IMG/VR virus record: IMGVR_UViG_3300005841_000939
Direction: 5' to 3' (one strand)
From: a virus
Lineage: Duplodnaviria > Caudoviricetes
Length of the DNA stretch: 64,000 nucleotides
Shown: in pieces, positions 37,543 to 47,492 of the stretch
Position numbering within the stretch: position 1 is the first letter of the stretch
Layout: each line of letters begins with the position of its first letter
The notes under the pieces: generated by a model
What the model was told of the DNA's origin: nothing
The model's database searches: none
What the model saw: only the letters and a program-made list of their open reading frames with translations
Program-made: the position numbers and the translations under genes

Positions 37543-37827
37543 ATGCCATCAACATATAAAGTAGCTCATATACAAAGTCCTGGAAGCAGTTTAATTATTG
37601 TTCCTTTTGATAACAACTTTCAATATCACAGTCCACAAGAGCAAAATAACACAATTAGAATTTTGCAAGATGCTGCAAATAAAAATGGAACAATAGGTAA
37701 AGTTGTTGCTGTTTGGGAAAATGAAGGTGCATTCAGATTTATGGCACCACCTGAATTCCATAAATTTTTAAAGGGGATTGACATGCGGTATGTGATGATT
37801 AACATAACCGGTACACTCCATATTTAA
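37543..37827 (+). CDS. Hypothetical protein
   Basis: Operonic ORF. Confidence 0.7.
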   Translation: MPSTYKVAHIQSPGSSLIIVPFDNNFQYHSPQEQNNTIRILQDAANKNGTIGKVVAVWENEGAFRFMAPPEFHKFLKGIDMRYVMINITGTLHI

Positions 37828-37847
37828 AACCTAAATAAGAGAATAGT

Positions 37848-38132
37848 ATGTTTGAATTGAACGAAAGTCTTCCTGGATTACCCAAAGATTCCGGCTATTA
37901 CTGGATGACCGTCAACGCAAATACAAAAATGGTTCCTGGTAAAGTACTCAAGGCTCATGAACCTGTATTGGTTCATTATGTACCTACAAATACAACAAAG
38001 CAGTTAGGGTCAAGAATATTAGTTGAGGGTATTTATTATCAACGTTTAGGTGATCCTAATTGTTATGATATTAGAAGAAATCCGCATCATGCTATCTTTT
38101 TCACAAAAATGGAATATACTGAAAAACTATGA
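37848..38132 (+). CDS. Hypothetical protein
   Basis: Coupled ORF. Confidence 0.6.
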   Translation: MFELNESLPGLPKDSGYYWMTVNANTKMVPGKVLKAHEPVLVHYVPTNTTKQLGSRILVEGIYYQRLGDPNCYDIRRNPHHAIFFTKMEYTEKL

Positions 38133-38557
38133 TGATTGATGATGTAGATAATTGTTATTATTGTGGAAACCCAAACAATACTAATTCTATTCCTGCTGGA
38201 AGAATTGGTGATGTTCATATCGCATGCTATGAAAAGAATAACTCTGTTATATCCGATAGTTTATTTACAGTAGATTTTTTGAAAAAAATTGGGTTTGCAG
38301 AAAAACTAAAAAATAAAACTGAAGAAGAAATAAAAAAATACAATGATATTTTCTTCTTTAAAAAGAATAAATCCATTAAACTGACACATACTGTAGGATT
38401 GAATAAAAGTTGGTGGCATTTGCATCATGATACTGTATTAAAAAATAAAATTACTATAGAATCAATACCAGAATTATTAGGTGGTATATACGACATCGGT
38501 ATTGCTATTGGAAAAATACGCAAGGCTGCAGAAATTAAAGATAAACTAGGTCTGTAA
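38129..38557 (+). CDS. Hypothetical protein
   Basis: C-terminal IGIAIGK motif shared with the next ORF. Confidence 0.65.
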   Translation: MMIDDVDNCYYCGNPNNTNSIPAGRIGDVHIACYEKNNSVISDSLFTVDFLKKIGFAEKLKNKTEEEIKKYNDIFFFKKNKSIKLTHTVGLNKSWWHLHHDTVLKNKITIESIPELLGGIYDIGIAIGKIRKAAEIKDKLGL

Positions 38558-38565
38558 ATTAACTA

Positions 38566-38593
38566 TTGTTTATTGGTAATCTCGGCATAAACT
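38566..38593 (+). promoter_or_regulatory. Promoter-like TTGTTT-N16-TAAACT
   Basis: Intergenic gap. Confidence 0.4.
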
Positions 38594-38602
38594 CGCGATT
38601 CC

Positions 38603-38893
38603 ATGCAAGCATCTGATCCAATTACCCTAGAACTTATAAAAGAACTAGGTTTTCATCGTATGTTTTTTGATGAATCCGAGACCTACGCTTATCAACGGTT
38701 CAACAATCATGCGTTAGAGCATATTGAAATCTCTTTTCATCCAACTGAAGGTCCAAGGATAGAACACCTTGAGTTGAGATTGACTAAAAATATAAAAAAT
38801 GTCAATGACTATATGAAAGCACTTATTGAAATTGGTATTGCTGTAGGGAAAAGAGACAAGATTGAAGAATTCAAAAGAGTGATGAGGATATAA
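38603..38893 (+). CDS. Hypothetical protein
   Basis: C-terminal IGIAVGK motif. Confidence 0.65.
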   Translation: MQASDPITLELIKELGFHRMFFDESETYAYQRFNNHALEHIEISFHPTEGPRIEHLELRLTKNIKNVNDYMKALIEIGIAVGKRDKIEEFKRVMRI

Positions 38894-39528
38894 TGCCTTG
38901 TCCAAACTGCGGTTCGGATAATACCTGGGATGATAATATGGCCTGGGGTTGCAATAAATGCGACTGGTCATCTTTAGCAGGATTGAATCCAACACGCACA
39001 CCTTCAGCACCTTATTCCATGGAACCTGATCCAACTGAAATCGCCAAACGCGCATCAGATTGGGCTAAAAAGGACGCAACTATGAATAATCAACTATTAT
39101 TTATTCCTAAAGGCATGGTTGCATTGACCGACGATGAAATAAACGATATGGATGCACCGTGGTCAAATTGTATTGATGACTGCATCAATGATTTGGAAAA
39201 TGTTGATGATTATGGTCCCTCATGTATTGTTAAATGCACACTCAAAGATTTGCATGTTGCTCAATACCGATCGTTTTGTAGTTCAGACGATTCATCAGAA
39301 ACATGTTTCAAATTTGCTTCTGAAAAATATCCTAATACTCAAGTTATTACTTGCATTCATGAAAATGATAAAACCACATCATCATGTTCCATTTTGATAA
39401 CTTCATTTGAACAAGGTGAGGATATTATGAATCTTATTCAACAAGGTGGCGGATCTTTGCGATTTGATAATGCTGGAACAACAAAAATAAAACCTGAAGG
39501 CGAATGGTTTTATTTTGAGAACGAATAA
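38893..39528 (+). CDS. Hypothetical protein: N-terminal Zn ribbon fused in frame to a second domain
   Basis: CPNCG...CNKC; internal AGGA plus ATG at 39082. Confidence 0.65.
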   Translation: MPCPNCGSDNTWDDNMAWGCNKCDWSSLAGLNPTRTPSAPYSMEPDPTEIAKRASDWAKKDATMNNQLLFIPKGMVALTDDEINDMDAPWSNCIDDCINDLENVDDYGPSCIVKCTLKDLHVAQYRSFCSSDDSSETCFKFASEKYPNTQVITCIHENDKTTSSCSILITSFEQGEDIMNLIQQGGGSLRFDNAGTTKIKPEGEWFYFENE

Positions 39529-39529
39529 C

Positions 39530-40150
39530 ATGAAAGAATATCCAACTATCCCTGGTGTTGCAAAATCACCTAAAGATTATTCGCTTGCCTTCTACAAATA
39601 TGATGGTTCAAACCTCAGATTTGAATGGAATAAAAAGGTTGGTTGGAATAAGTTTGGTACTCGTCACCGTCTTTTTGATAAAACCGATCCTGTTTTCTCA
39701 GAAGCAATTGACATTTTTCATGCAACAGTTCAACCAAAAATTGAACCAATTCTGATAAAAAATTACCGAGAAGCACAAGAATTTACTGCATATTGTGAAT
39801 TTTTTGGTGATGAATCATTCTCCGGACAACACAAATCAGATGATAAAACAAAACGTCTGGTGTTGTTTGATGTAAATGTTCATAAACGTGGATTCATAGG
39901 TCCCCGAGATTTCATCAAATTGTTTGGGCATTTGGATATTACAGCCAAATTAGTGTATGAAGGTAATATTTCAGAAGAATTTATTCAAATGGTACGTACC
40001 AACACCATCCCTGGAGTAATTTTGAATGAAGGAGTCATCTGCAAAGGTGGGACCAAGCATGATCGTTGGATGACAAAAATCAAAACAAATCAATATCTTG
40101 AAAAACTTAAAGCTGTCTATGCAGATGGATGGCAGGAGTATTGGGAATGA
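39530..40150 (+). CDS. RNA ligase-like nucleotidyltransferase (minimal Rnl2/ATP-grasp type)
   Basis: Motif I KYDGSN, YCEFFG, LVLFDV, EGVICK, TKIK. Confidence 0.75.
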   Translation: MKEYPTIPGVAKSPKDYSLAFYKYDGSNLRFEWNKKVGWNKFGTRHRLFDKTDPVFSEAIDIFHATVQPKIEPILIKNYREAQEFTAYCEFFGDESFSGQHKSDDKTKRLVLFDVNVHKRGFIGPRDFIKLFGHLDITAKLVYEGNISEEFIQMVRTNTIPGVILNEGVICKGGTKHDRWMTKIKTNQYLEKLKAVYADGWQEYWE

Positions 40151-40482
40151 CCAAGAAATTAGTTACCAAAGAGGAAGTAATTTCTCAACGTCTTTGCGGA
40201 TTGAAATATTTTGATATGGCCGTTGAGAACTCGTCAAAAGAAAAAATAATTGAAGATACGATTGCATTGTATAAACGGGGCGGGCATCAACAAGGACTAG
40301 GTTGGTGTTTCTCTTGGTCATGGATGGAACTTGCTAAAAGTGATAAATTTAAAAGATCGGGCTGCATCCCACATAGCTTCAATATGGATGAAGCCCTGAC
40401 TCAAGGTGAGATTCAAATTATCATTGACAGGCTTAAATTGCCACCTTATATTGCGAAATCAAAGAGAAAGAAATCACCATGA
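40147..40482 (+). CDS. Hypothetical protein
   Basis: ATGA-coupled ORF. Confidence 0.6.
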   Translation: MTKKLVTKEEVISQRLCGLKYFDMAVENSSKEKIIEDTIALYKRGGHQQGLGWCFSWSWMELAKSDKFKRSGCIPHSFNMDEALTQGEIQIIIDRLKLPPYIAKSKRKKSP

Positions 40483-41492
40483 AGGTTGCTGGCACCATCC
40501 CCAAGGAAATTATCTATGTCTCTCGCGATCCTGAATCCCTGATAACTAAATGGGACAATGCAGAAAGCGATGCAGACATCATCACCAAAGGGACGTACAA
40601 GCCTTCTTTCCCAGCAGATGCAAGCAATCCCAATACCGTGAAAACTGGTATGACCTGGGCAAGTGGTTATCGCAATAATAACAAAATTCCTACTTCCCTC
40701 ACACTTCCAAATGATCCAATCTCGGCCATTCGTTTGGTTGGGTTGGAAAAGCGTTCCGAAGGTGGCAGAGCATATAAGGTTGTTATCCACAAGGATATCC
40801 TGGTTGATCTTCGCGAGGATGTTCTCCTGGAATTGATGATTGAAGAAGGCATCCAGAAGAATGGCCTAATCAACGGTTCATATGTTTGGGGCCGTGTTGG
40901 ATCACAAATGAAATTGGTCCGTGTTGGTTCAATACTGCATGATGCATTAGTTGCCAATACGCAAATTGCAACGCAGCCAAAGTTGAAAGCATTGGAAATT
41001 GGTGGTGTGTATCGTGGAAAGTCACCAAAGAAATATGTGTATTTGGGTACTTTCAGTACGGTTGAAATGTCAAATGTACGTGTAAATAACAATACTAACT
41101 ATGCTCGGTCTGTTCCAGCAGCACAATATGAAATTCATTATAAAGAATTGAATGATATGATGGCATTTTTAGAAGTGCCATCATATTATGGCAAAAATGT
41201 TGATGAAATATTTGAAAGTACTGGAAAACATTTTTCATCAATTTCATACAATATACAATTCAAGAAATCACATACTATGGTTGAAAAGGTTGATCAGATG
41301 TCCGTGATTGATCTTGTAGCGTATGTAGAAAATTTGGCAGATGATAAAAAGTATCCTGCAAGAGAAATGAAGGAATACGCAAACTATCCTGTTGTCGTCA
41401 GTAAGTTGGCATGCATTCGTCAGTCAAAGACCCCATTCAAAGTCCCTGCAATATTTGATCAGTACATGATCAACTCGGTTAATATTTCATGA
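40479..41492 (+). CDS. Hypothetical protein (337 aa)
   Basis: Long ORF; RSEGGRAYKV..VDLREDVLL. Confidence 0.8.
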   Translation: MKVAGTIPKEIIYVSRDPESLITKWDNAESDADIITKGTYKPSFPADASNPNTVKTGMTWASGYRNNNKIPTSLTLPNDPISAIRLVGLEKRSEGGRAYKVVIHKDILVDLREDVLLELMIEEGIQKNGLINGSYVWGRVGSQMKLVRVGSILHDALVANTQIATQPKLKALEIGGVYRGKSPKKYVYLGTFSTVEMSNVRVNNNTNYARSVPAAQYEIHYKELNDMMAFLEVPSYYGKNVDEIFESTGKHFSSISYNIQFKKSHTMVEKVDQMSVIDLVAYVENLADDKKYPAREMKEYANYPVVVSKLACIRQSKTPFKVPAIFDQYMINSVNIS

Positions 41493-41668
41493 ACGATTGG
41501 AAATTGCATTGGGAAGAATTTCTAAAGAAAAAGTTTGGAGATTCCATTCCATCATCTTTCACTTTGGATCTTGGTGAAATTGAGTTTTATATTCCACCGT
41601 TGCTCGCTAAAACCTCAGAAGGTTTTAAGGCAATCCAAAAGCACAACGCTAAATATAGAGTCTTCTAA
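41489..41668 (+). CDS. Small hypothetical protein (59 aa), not in ORF track
   Basis: ATGA overlap with previous stop; MNDWKLHWEEF. Confidence 0.55.
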   Translation: MNDWKLHWEEFLKKKFGDSIPSSFTLDLGEIEFYIPPLLAKTSEGFKAIQKHNAKYRVF

Positions 41669-41715
41669 TTGTAATTTCTCAAGAATGTGGTAGAAATTAC
41701 TATATCGGAGAAGTT

Positions 41716-41997
41716 ATGGCAAAATGGAATATTACATATGCAGAATATAAAAAAGTTTTAGAAAGTGATTTACATTCTTTAAATGATATGTTGATGGAGG
41801 CTAAAAACTTTGATGAATTGGTAAATGAGTTTTTAGATCCAGCAAATGTTCCAGATGATCAAGTTTTACCAAGTATCAGCGAAGCAGCGCACGTTGCTTT
41901 AAGTAATGGTGATGTGGTTGGATATATTGAATTGAATGCATTTCTTGGGGCATTAAAAAAGATCAATACAGCAAAGAAAAAGAAAAGAAGAAAGTAA
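41716..41997 (+). CDS. Hypothetical protein
   Basis: GGAG RBS; basic C-terminus. Confidence 0.75.
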   Translation: MAKWNITYAEYKKVLESDLHSLNDMLMEAKNFDELVNEFLDPANVPDDQVLPSISEAAHVALSNGDVVGYIELNAFLGALKKINTAKKKKRRK

Positions 41998-42200
41998 TGT
42001 CAGATAGAGTTGCAAATCATACAATGGTCTGCTTTGCATGCAGAGAATCTGTCCGCGTAGCTTGCACGACTAGTTATGATTCACATCCTCCATGTAGATT
42101 CTGTAAAACTCCGATGCAAAAATTAAATTATACGTTACGAATTCCACCAAAGAAAGATATTAAAGGTTGGAAGAAGTTGAGGGAATTGGTAATAAAATGA
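41997..42200 (+). CDS. Small Zn-ribbon protein
   Basis: CFAC...CRFC. Confidence 0.65.
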   Translation: MSDRVANHTMVCFACRESVRVACTTSYDSHPPCRFCKTPMQKLNYTLRIPPKKDIKGWKKLRELVIK

Positions 42201-42685
42201 AAGTTGGGGATATTGATTTTAAGTTTGAATCTACAGGAATTTTAAGATTTAATCCAGGCTTTGGAACTAAGCATTATGAGCCATTTTGGTGCATCATGAT
42301 GTTGGATGAAGAAATATACAAATACTATTCTTGGTTCATGAATACAGATGGTGAGCCAATTCTAAAACCAAATACGCTTTGGGGATTTCATTCATCAGTT
42401 ATTAAAAGTGAAGAACCAACTAAAAATAATGAATATTGGGCAAAATTTGAGGGTGAAATAATACCTTTTCATTACAGTAATTACATAAATTTTTCTAATG
42501 GTAGGCATTGTTGGATGGATTTATATAGTCCAAGATTAGCAGAGATTAGGGATTATTATGGATTGTATACGAATGGTGGGAAGCTAAAATATCACATGAC
42601 TCTTGGAAGACTAAAAAATCCAACTGTGCCAGAACCTAAAACAGCAACACATTTATTTAAAACTGGTGAATTACATTCAATATGA
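42197..42685 (+). CDS. 2H phosphoesterase-family protein
   Basis: Two HxS/T motifs (FHSSV, YHMTLG). Confidence 0.65.
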   Translation: MKVGDIDFKFESTGILRFNPGFGTKHYEPFWCIMMLDEEIYKYYSWFMNTDGEPILKPNTLWGFHSSVIKSEEPTKNNEYWAKFEGEIIPFHYSNYINFSNGRHCWMDLYSPRLAEIRDYYGLYTNGGKLKYHMTLGRLKNPTVPEPKTATHLFKTGELHSI

Positions 42686-43104
42686 ACAGAAAACCTATGA
42701 GTAAAAATCCTCTATTAAATAAAAGAATTTATAGAATTAGACATGCTGTAACTGGACTTTATAAGAAGGCAGGCCAATTCAATTCTTGGGGTAAACAAGG
42801 GAAAGTTTGGGTAGGATCTGGTCCACTTAAATCGCATATGAATCAATATGCGACAACTGATTATAAGACAGGTCAAGTTTTCTTTCCTGCTGATGTACAT
42901 AATTGGATTATTGAAGAGATAGAAATAAAAGAAGAAGTCATAACTGTCAAACCTGCACTTGAAATTTTCCAAGAAAAAGCAAAAGAAATGCGTGAAAAAG
43001 CTGAAAAGGCTCAACGATTAAAAGAAGAAGAAATACGTAAAAAGAACGAAGCACTTGCAAAATTGACTGATGCTGATAGAAAAGCTTTAGGATTAAAGCC
43101 ATGA
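42682..43104 (+). CDS. Hypothetical protein
   Basis: Operonic; C-terminal coiled coil. Confidence 0.7.
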   Translation: MNRKPMSKNPLLNKRIYRIRHAVTGLYKKAGQFNSWGKQGKVWVGSGPLKSHMNQYATTDYKTGQVFFPADVHNWIIEEIEIKEEVITVKPALEIFQEKAKEMREKAEKAQRLKEEEIRKKNEALAKLTDADRKALGLKP

Positions 43105-43727
43105 CACTTGATTTAAACCTCATGTATGCAAATATGATAGGTAGCCCTGACAACGATAATACAGAATTGCGTAAAATTATTGCTGAGGTAAAAGAAATTA
43201 TTGAGAAGAAAATAAATCCTTGTGAAGGTACATTCCCTTCTATTAGATTTTGTAAAGTTCCAAGATCAGCATTGAATCCTTTTAAAAAATGGATTGCAAT
43301 TGAAATTCAAGAAAGAATTAAGCTATCATTGATTGCAACTGAACGAGATTTACAAAATTTAGAACCTGGCAATGTTGATAATATGCTGATATTTCAAATT
43401 GAATTTGGTGATATGTTTGTTGAATATTTTTCGTTAAGTGAATTTGGATTTGTTAATGTAAAAAGTATACGGTATGATGAAAATGTAATTGATAATATGA
43501 TTTCAATGTGTTTTGATCAAGCTGCTAAACAATATAAAAAATATAATAAATATGAATTTAGAGATTTCTGCAACTTATCTAGGAATTTTGTCACTAATAA
43601 AGTTTCGGCTAAATGGAAAATAAAAGAATATGAGGAAAGAATAATTAAAGAGTTACCTAAATCTTACAAGAGAATTTTTATGCAAGATTTAGGTGGATTC
43701 AATACTGATTTGGATGAAGAAAACTAA
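43101..43727 (+). CDS. Hypothetical protein
   Basis: Operonic ORF. Confidence 0.7.
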   Translation: MTLDLNLMYANMIGSPDNDNTELRKIIAEVKEIIEKKINPCEGTFPSIRFCKVPRSALNPFKKWIAIEIQERIKLSLIATERDLQNLEPGNVDNMLIFQIEFGDMFVEYFSLSEFGFVNVKSIRYDENVIDNMISMCFDQAAKQYKKYNKYEFRDFCNLSRNFVTNKVSAKWKIKEYEERIIKELPKSYKRIFMQDLGGFNTDLDEEN

Positions 43728-44254
43728 TGATATACTTTACATCTGATATACATTTTGGACATGAAAATATCATAAAATATTGTAATAGACCATTTTCATC
43801 TGTTGATGAAATGGATGATACACTTATAAAAAATTGGAATTCAAAAGTAAAACCAAATGATGAAATTTATGTCATTGGTGATTTTTCTTTCCAAGCGCCA
43901 AGCAAATATCTTCCATTATTAAATGGTAAGAAATATTTAGTACTAGGTAATCATGATGATAGAAAAGTCATGGAACAAACGAATTCATGGGTTTGGATTC
44001 GCGATTATTATGAATTAAAGTTGCAAGTTAATGGGCAAAAACAAATGATTGCATTATTCCATTTTGCAATGCGAACATGGAATAAACAACATCATGGATC
44101 ATGGCATTTGTTCGGTCATTCTCATGGTGGTATGCCTCCACATGGCAAATCGTTTGATATTGGTGTTGATTGTTGGAATTATTTCCCGTTATCATTGGAT
44201 GAAGTTACTGCCGAAATGGATAAGTTAGAAATAGTTAAAGGTATATACGAATAA
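43727..44254 (+). CDS. Calcineurin-like metallophosphoesterase
   Basis: TSDIHFGH, IGDF, GNHD, HLFGHSH, DIGVD. Confidence 0.88.
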   Translation: MIYFTSDIHFGHENIIKYCNRPFSSVDEMDDTLIKNWNSKVKPNDEIYVIGDFSFQAPSKYLPLLNGKKYLVLGNHDDRKVMEQTNSWVWIRDYYELKLQVNGQKQMIALFHFAMRTWNKQHHGSWHLFGHSHGGMPPHGKSFDIGVDCWNYFPLSLDEVTAEMDKLEIVKGIYE

Positions 44255-44255
44255 T

Positions 44256-45266
44256 ATGAGTCAAACTGCTTGTTGGATGTTCAATACCTTAGACCAATGC
44301 GCCTGGGTAGGTTTTGGTTATGGGAGTCGTTTTGATACGTCTTCATATTGGATTTCCTACGCTGGGTTGATGCATTTGGCAAAGTTTCATGATTTAAATT
44401 CATTGTTACATTTTGCTAGTTTCAATGATGATGACCGTCTTAAACCATATACCATTGAAGAAATGTTCTCTTGGGACATTGAATATCTTCATGAAAAATC
44501 TTCAATATATATCAAAATTCAAGGTGACAATAAAGAATTAAGCAATAAATGGTTTAAAGATTTCATCTATTTGGTGAAAAAGTATCATGACCAAGGTGGA
44601 TCGCAATGGTCAATGGGCCATCCTGCATGGTTTTATTATCATCAATGGGAACGTCCTAAGTATTTTGGGTCAGATTGGGAACCAATTTACAGGATGGAAC
44701 AAATGTATGATCAAGCCAGAGATTCATTATGGTGCCGAAAAAAGTCAAAAGGTATAAATTGGCTTGGAACTTCTGCGCCAAAATCTGATGTTCCAGAAGA
44801 AAAAGAACCTGATCCATATGGCAGATTATCATGGGAAGATATAGCGGATAATGATTTCTTAAATGACAAACCAAAAGAAAAAGAACCAGAAATAACGGAA
44901 GATTTTTCTGTAATAAATGAATGGTCTGGCGAAGAAGAAGTTTATTTGATTAGTCATTGGTCTACTGATGTTAGAGAAAATGATTGGAAATGGGAATTAA
45001 TTAGTTGGGATGATCCGTCTGCTTCATATTCTCATGAAATTAGAAGAGAATGGGACGTATTGCCGCAATCAATCCAATGGAAAGCAACTATACCTCATAA
45101 CTGGTATATATTTGGTGGTGATCCTAGTAATCAATCACCTGATCATTGGACCTCTCGTTCATGTCCAACACAAGGTTCAGATCACCTAATATTTGGTGGT
45201 CCTACTAAGAAAATTCAATTTTATAAAATTTCAGATCCTAACGCATTAAATCGCTATTACAAATAA
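44256..45266 (+). CDS. Hypothetical Trp-rich protein
   Basis: 336-aa ORF with acidic linker. Confidence 0.75.
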   Translation: MSQTACWMFNTLDQCAWVGFGYGSRFDTSSYWISYAGLMHLAKFHDLNSLLHFASFNDDDRLKPYTIEEMFSWDIEYLHEKSSIYIKIQGDNKELSNKWFKDFIYLVKKYHDQGGSQWSMGHPAWFYYHQWERPKYFGSDWEPIYRMEQMYDQARDSLWCRKKSKGINWLGTSAPKSDVPEEKEPDPYGRLSWEDIADNDFLNDKPKEKEPEITEDFSVINEWSGEEEVYLISHWSTDVRENDWKWELISWDDPSASYSHEIRREWDVLPQSIQWKATIPHNWYIFGGDPSNQSPDHWTSRSCPTQGSDHLIFGGPTKKIQFYKISDPNALNRYYK

Positions 45267-45321
45267 CTGTAGGATTTGTCGCGTTTGTCTGTATTATTCA
45301 GAACAATTACATAGGAACATC

Positions 45322-46518
45322 ATGTCAACATTTCTCGTTTCTGTAGAAGTCATAGATAAGGTTTGGGCGCACCCAAACGCAGATAAATTGGACCTCGCTT
45401 CGGTTGAAGGTATCTTGGGGCAATTCGTTGTTCGTAAGGATTCTTTCAAACCTGGCGATGCTGTCGTTTATTTTCCAGTAGATGCAATTCTACCTGACAA
45501 TCTTATTAAAGAATTGGGTATGGAAGGTAAATTTTCTGGCAATGGAAAAAACCGAGTAAAAACAATCAAGTTGAGAAAAGAAATTTCTCAAGGATATGTT
45601 GAACTTCTATCAAGTCCAGTTTTCTTCCCTTATCTACAGAAAGCCGGAATAAAAAATGTTATGGTTCCTGTTGGATTGGACCTAACTGCGGTACTTGGAG
45701 TTGAAAAATACGATTACGAGGAAGCACAAAAGAAAACCAATTCAAAAGCAAGTCATAAAGGTCCAAAGCATTTGACTTCACATCCTGTTGGTGTGAAAAC
45801 TTATGATTTGGAAGGATATAATCGTCACAAAGGCGTCTTTGATTACATGCGTTCAAAGCGTGTTGCTATTTTTGAAAAGATAGAAGGTACAAACTGGTAC
45901 CTCACATCAGATGCTACAGGAAAAATTATCCATGGCCAGAAGAACTTCGCTATCAAGGATTGGGATGATCGTACAAAATGGGAGAAGGTTGTTGATTGGT
46001 TCAAGTATAAGAACCCGTTCCGCAAAGGTAAGCCGTGGGTTTCACCTGAACTCATTGATTCAGATTTCGGTCACAAAGCAACATCAAAGAAACTTAATCT
46101 TCCCGATAAGTTGAAATTTATCAAGAAAACATATTTCACTGAAACGTCTAATGTGACTTTCCGTGGGGAACTCATCGGGCCAACTATTCAGCAAAATATT
46201 TACAAAGTAACCGAACAAGACATTTATATGTTTGATATTTTGGTTGATGGGCAATATCTGACACCAGATAAGTTCATTTCAATTTGTGCATCATCTGGCA
46301 TAAAAACAGTTCCATTGATTGCAATGGATGTAGTTCTTGATGAGTGGCTTGCTGGCCGTGATCCATTGGTTGCTATCAATGGTAAGAGTGCAGTTGTTGA
46401 CCATCTTCGTGAAGGACTTGTCTTCAAGCCAATGGTTGAAGAATATCATCCTAAGTTGAATGGTCGTTTGGTTCTCAAACATCGTGATGCAGAATACCTA
46501 GATAAGACTGGACTATAA
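45322..46518 (+). CDS. RNA ligase, DRB0094/Rnl5-like (N-terminal OB domain)
   Basis: HPNADKLD, FPVD..LP, RVKTIKLR..ISQG, EKIEGTN, REGLVFK, LVLK. Confidence 0.88.
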   Translation: MSTFLVSVEVIDKVWAHPNADKLDLASVEGILGQFVVRKDSFKPGDAVVYFPVDAILPDNLIKELGMEGKFSGNGKNRVKTIKLRKEISQGYVELLSSPVFFPYLQKAGIKNVMVPVGLDLTAVLGVEKYDYEEAQKKTNSKASHKGPKHLTSHPVGVKTYDLEGYNRHKGVFDYMRSKRVAIFEKIEGTNWYLTSDATGKIIHGQKNFAIKDWDDRTKWEKVVDWFKYKNPFRKGKPWVSPELIDSDFGHKATSKKLNLPDKLKFIKKTYFTETSNVTFRGELIGPTIQQNIYKVTEQDIYMFDILVDGQYLTPDKFISICASSGIKTVPLIAMDVVLDEWLAGRDPLVAINGKSAVVDHLREGLVFKPMVEEYHPKLNGRLVLKHRDAEYLDKTGL

Positions 46519-46519
46519 T

Positions 46520-47488
46520 ATGGAAACGCCAGAAACACAAAAAGAATCAGAAATCATCATCAGTAAAACCAAAGAAAATACATTCATTTTTGAATGTGAT
46601 ACTAGGTATACTGTAAAAAAGTTTAAGATTGATGATGAATATATCGTATCAAAAGGCTATTCTAATGATAGATTTACATTAGCGAATGAACCTAAAAAGA
46701 TTCAAGAAGTAGAAGAAATTAAATTTGTTTCGGGCTATTTCAATGTTGAAAATGAATCTGAAATAATGTCTTTGGAACAATATGATAAGGAAAGATTAAA
46801 ACTTTTAGAAGGGGTAACGTATTCAAATGATGGCGAGGGTAGAACAATATATCCAAGCCTTGAATGTGAATTTGCAGTGAGATTGTTTGGTAGAAAATGG
46901 CAACCTATTAATAAAACAAAGATAATTTTAATTGATAGGTCATTTATAATTCAAAATTTATTATATTCTGAATATCCAGAAATAAAACTTTCTAGAACTG
47001 TTGGTGAAGTTCCTATTAACAGCGTACATGCTGAATATAGTAGTAGATTAGTTTCTTGGGCAGAAGAAATATGCAAAAAATTTGGAATTAAAGTATTAGA
47101 AGAAGGTGATGCAATTCCAAAAGATGGAACTCACTATTGGGAAAATTCAACACATTCAGCTATTCATTTTGCTAAGATTGATGGCGATTATTTCTTAACA
47201 TCAAAGGGTAAGAAATATGAGAAAGATAGATATTTCAGCGATTCATATGCGCAATGTGTAGCTGCAAGAAATTCGGATTATAATGAAGTTGAAGAAGAAA
47301 TAAGAAAATTTCTTGTTTTAAAACAACAAAAAAGATTAGATGCTTCTGAACGTCAGGGAATTTTCAAAGAATTGACAACAATCAGAGAAAATGTTTATAA
47401 TTTAGATGTAAAGACAAAATCTGATAGAGAACACCGACTTGTTCTTACGAAGATTGATAATTTAATTAAAACATTGACTATAAAGTAA
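46520..47488 (+). CDS. Hypothetical protein
   Basis: 322-aa ORF. Confidence 0.75.
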   Translation: METPETQKESEIIISKTKENTFIFECDTRYTVKKFKIDDEYIVSKGYSNDRFTLANEPKKIQEVEEIKFVSGYFNVENESEIMSLEQYDKERLKLLEGVTYSNDGEGRTIYPSLECEFAVRLFGRKWQPINKTKIILIDRSFIIQNLLYSEYPEIKLSRTVGEVPINSVHAEYSSRLVSWAEEICKKFGIKVLEEGDAIPKDGTHYWENSTHSAIHFAKIDGDYFLTSKGKKYEKDRYFSDSYAQCVAARNSDYNEVEEEIRKFLVLKQQKRLDASERQGIFKELTTIRENVYNLDVKTKSDREHRLVLTKIDNLIKTLTIK

Positions 47489-47492
47489 ACTC

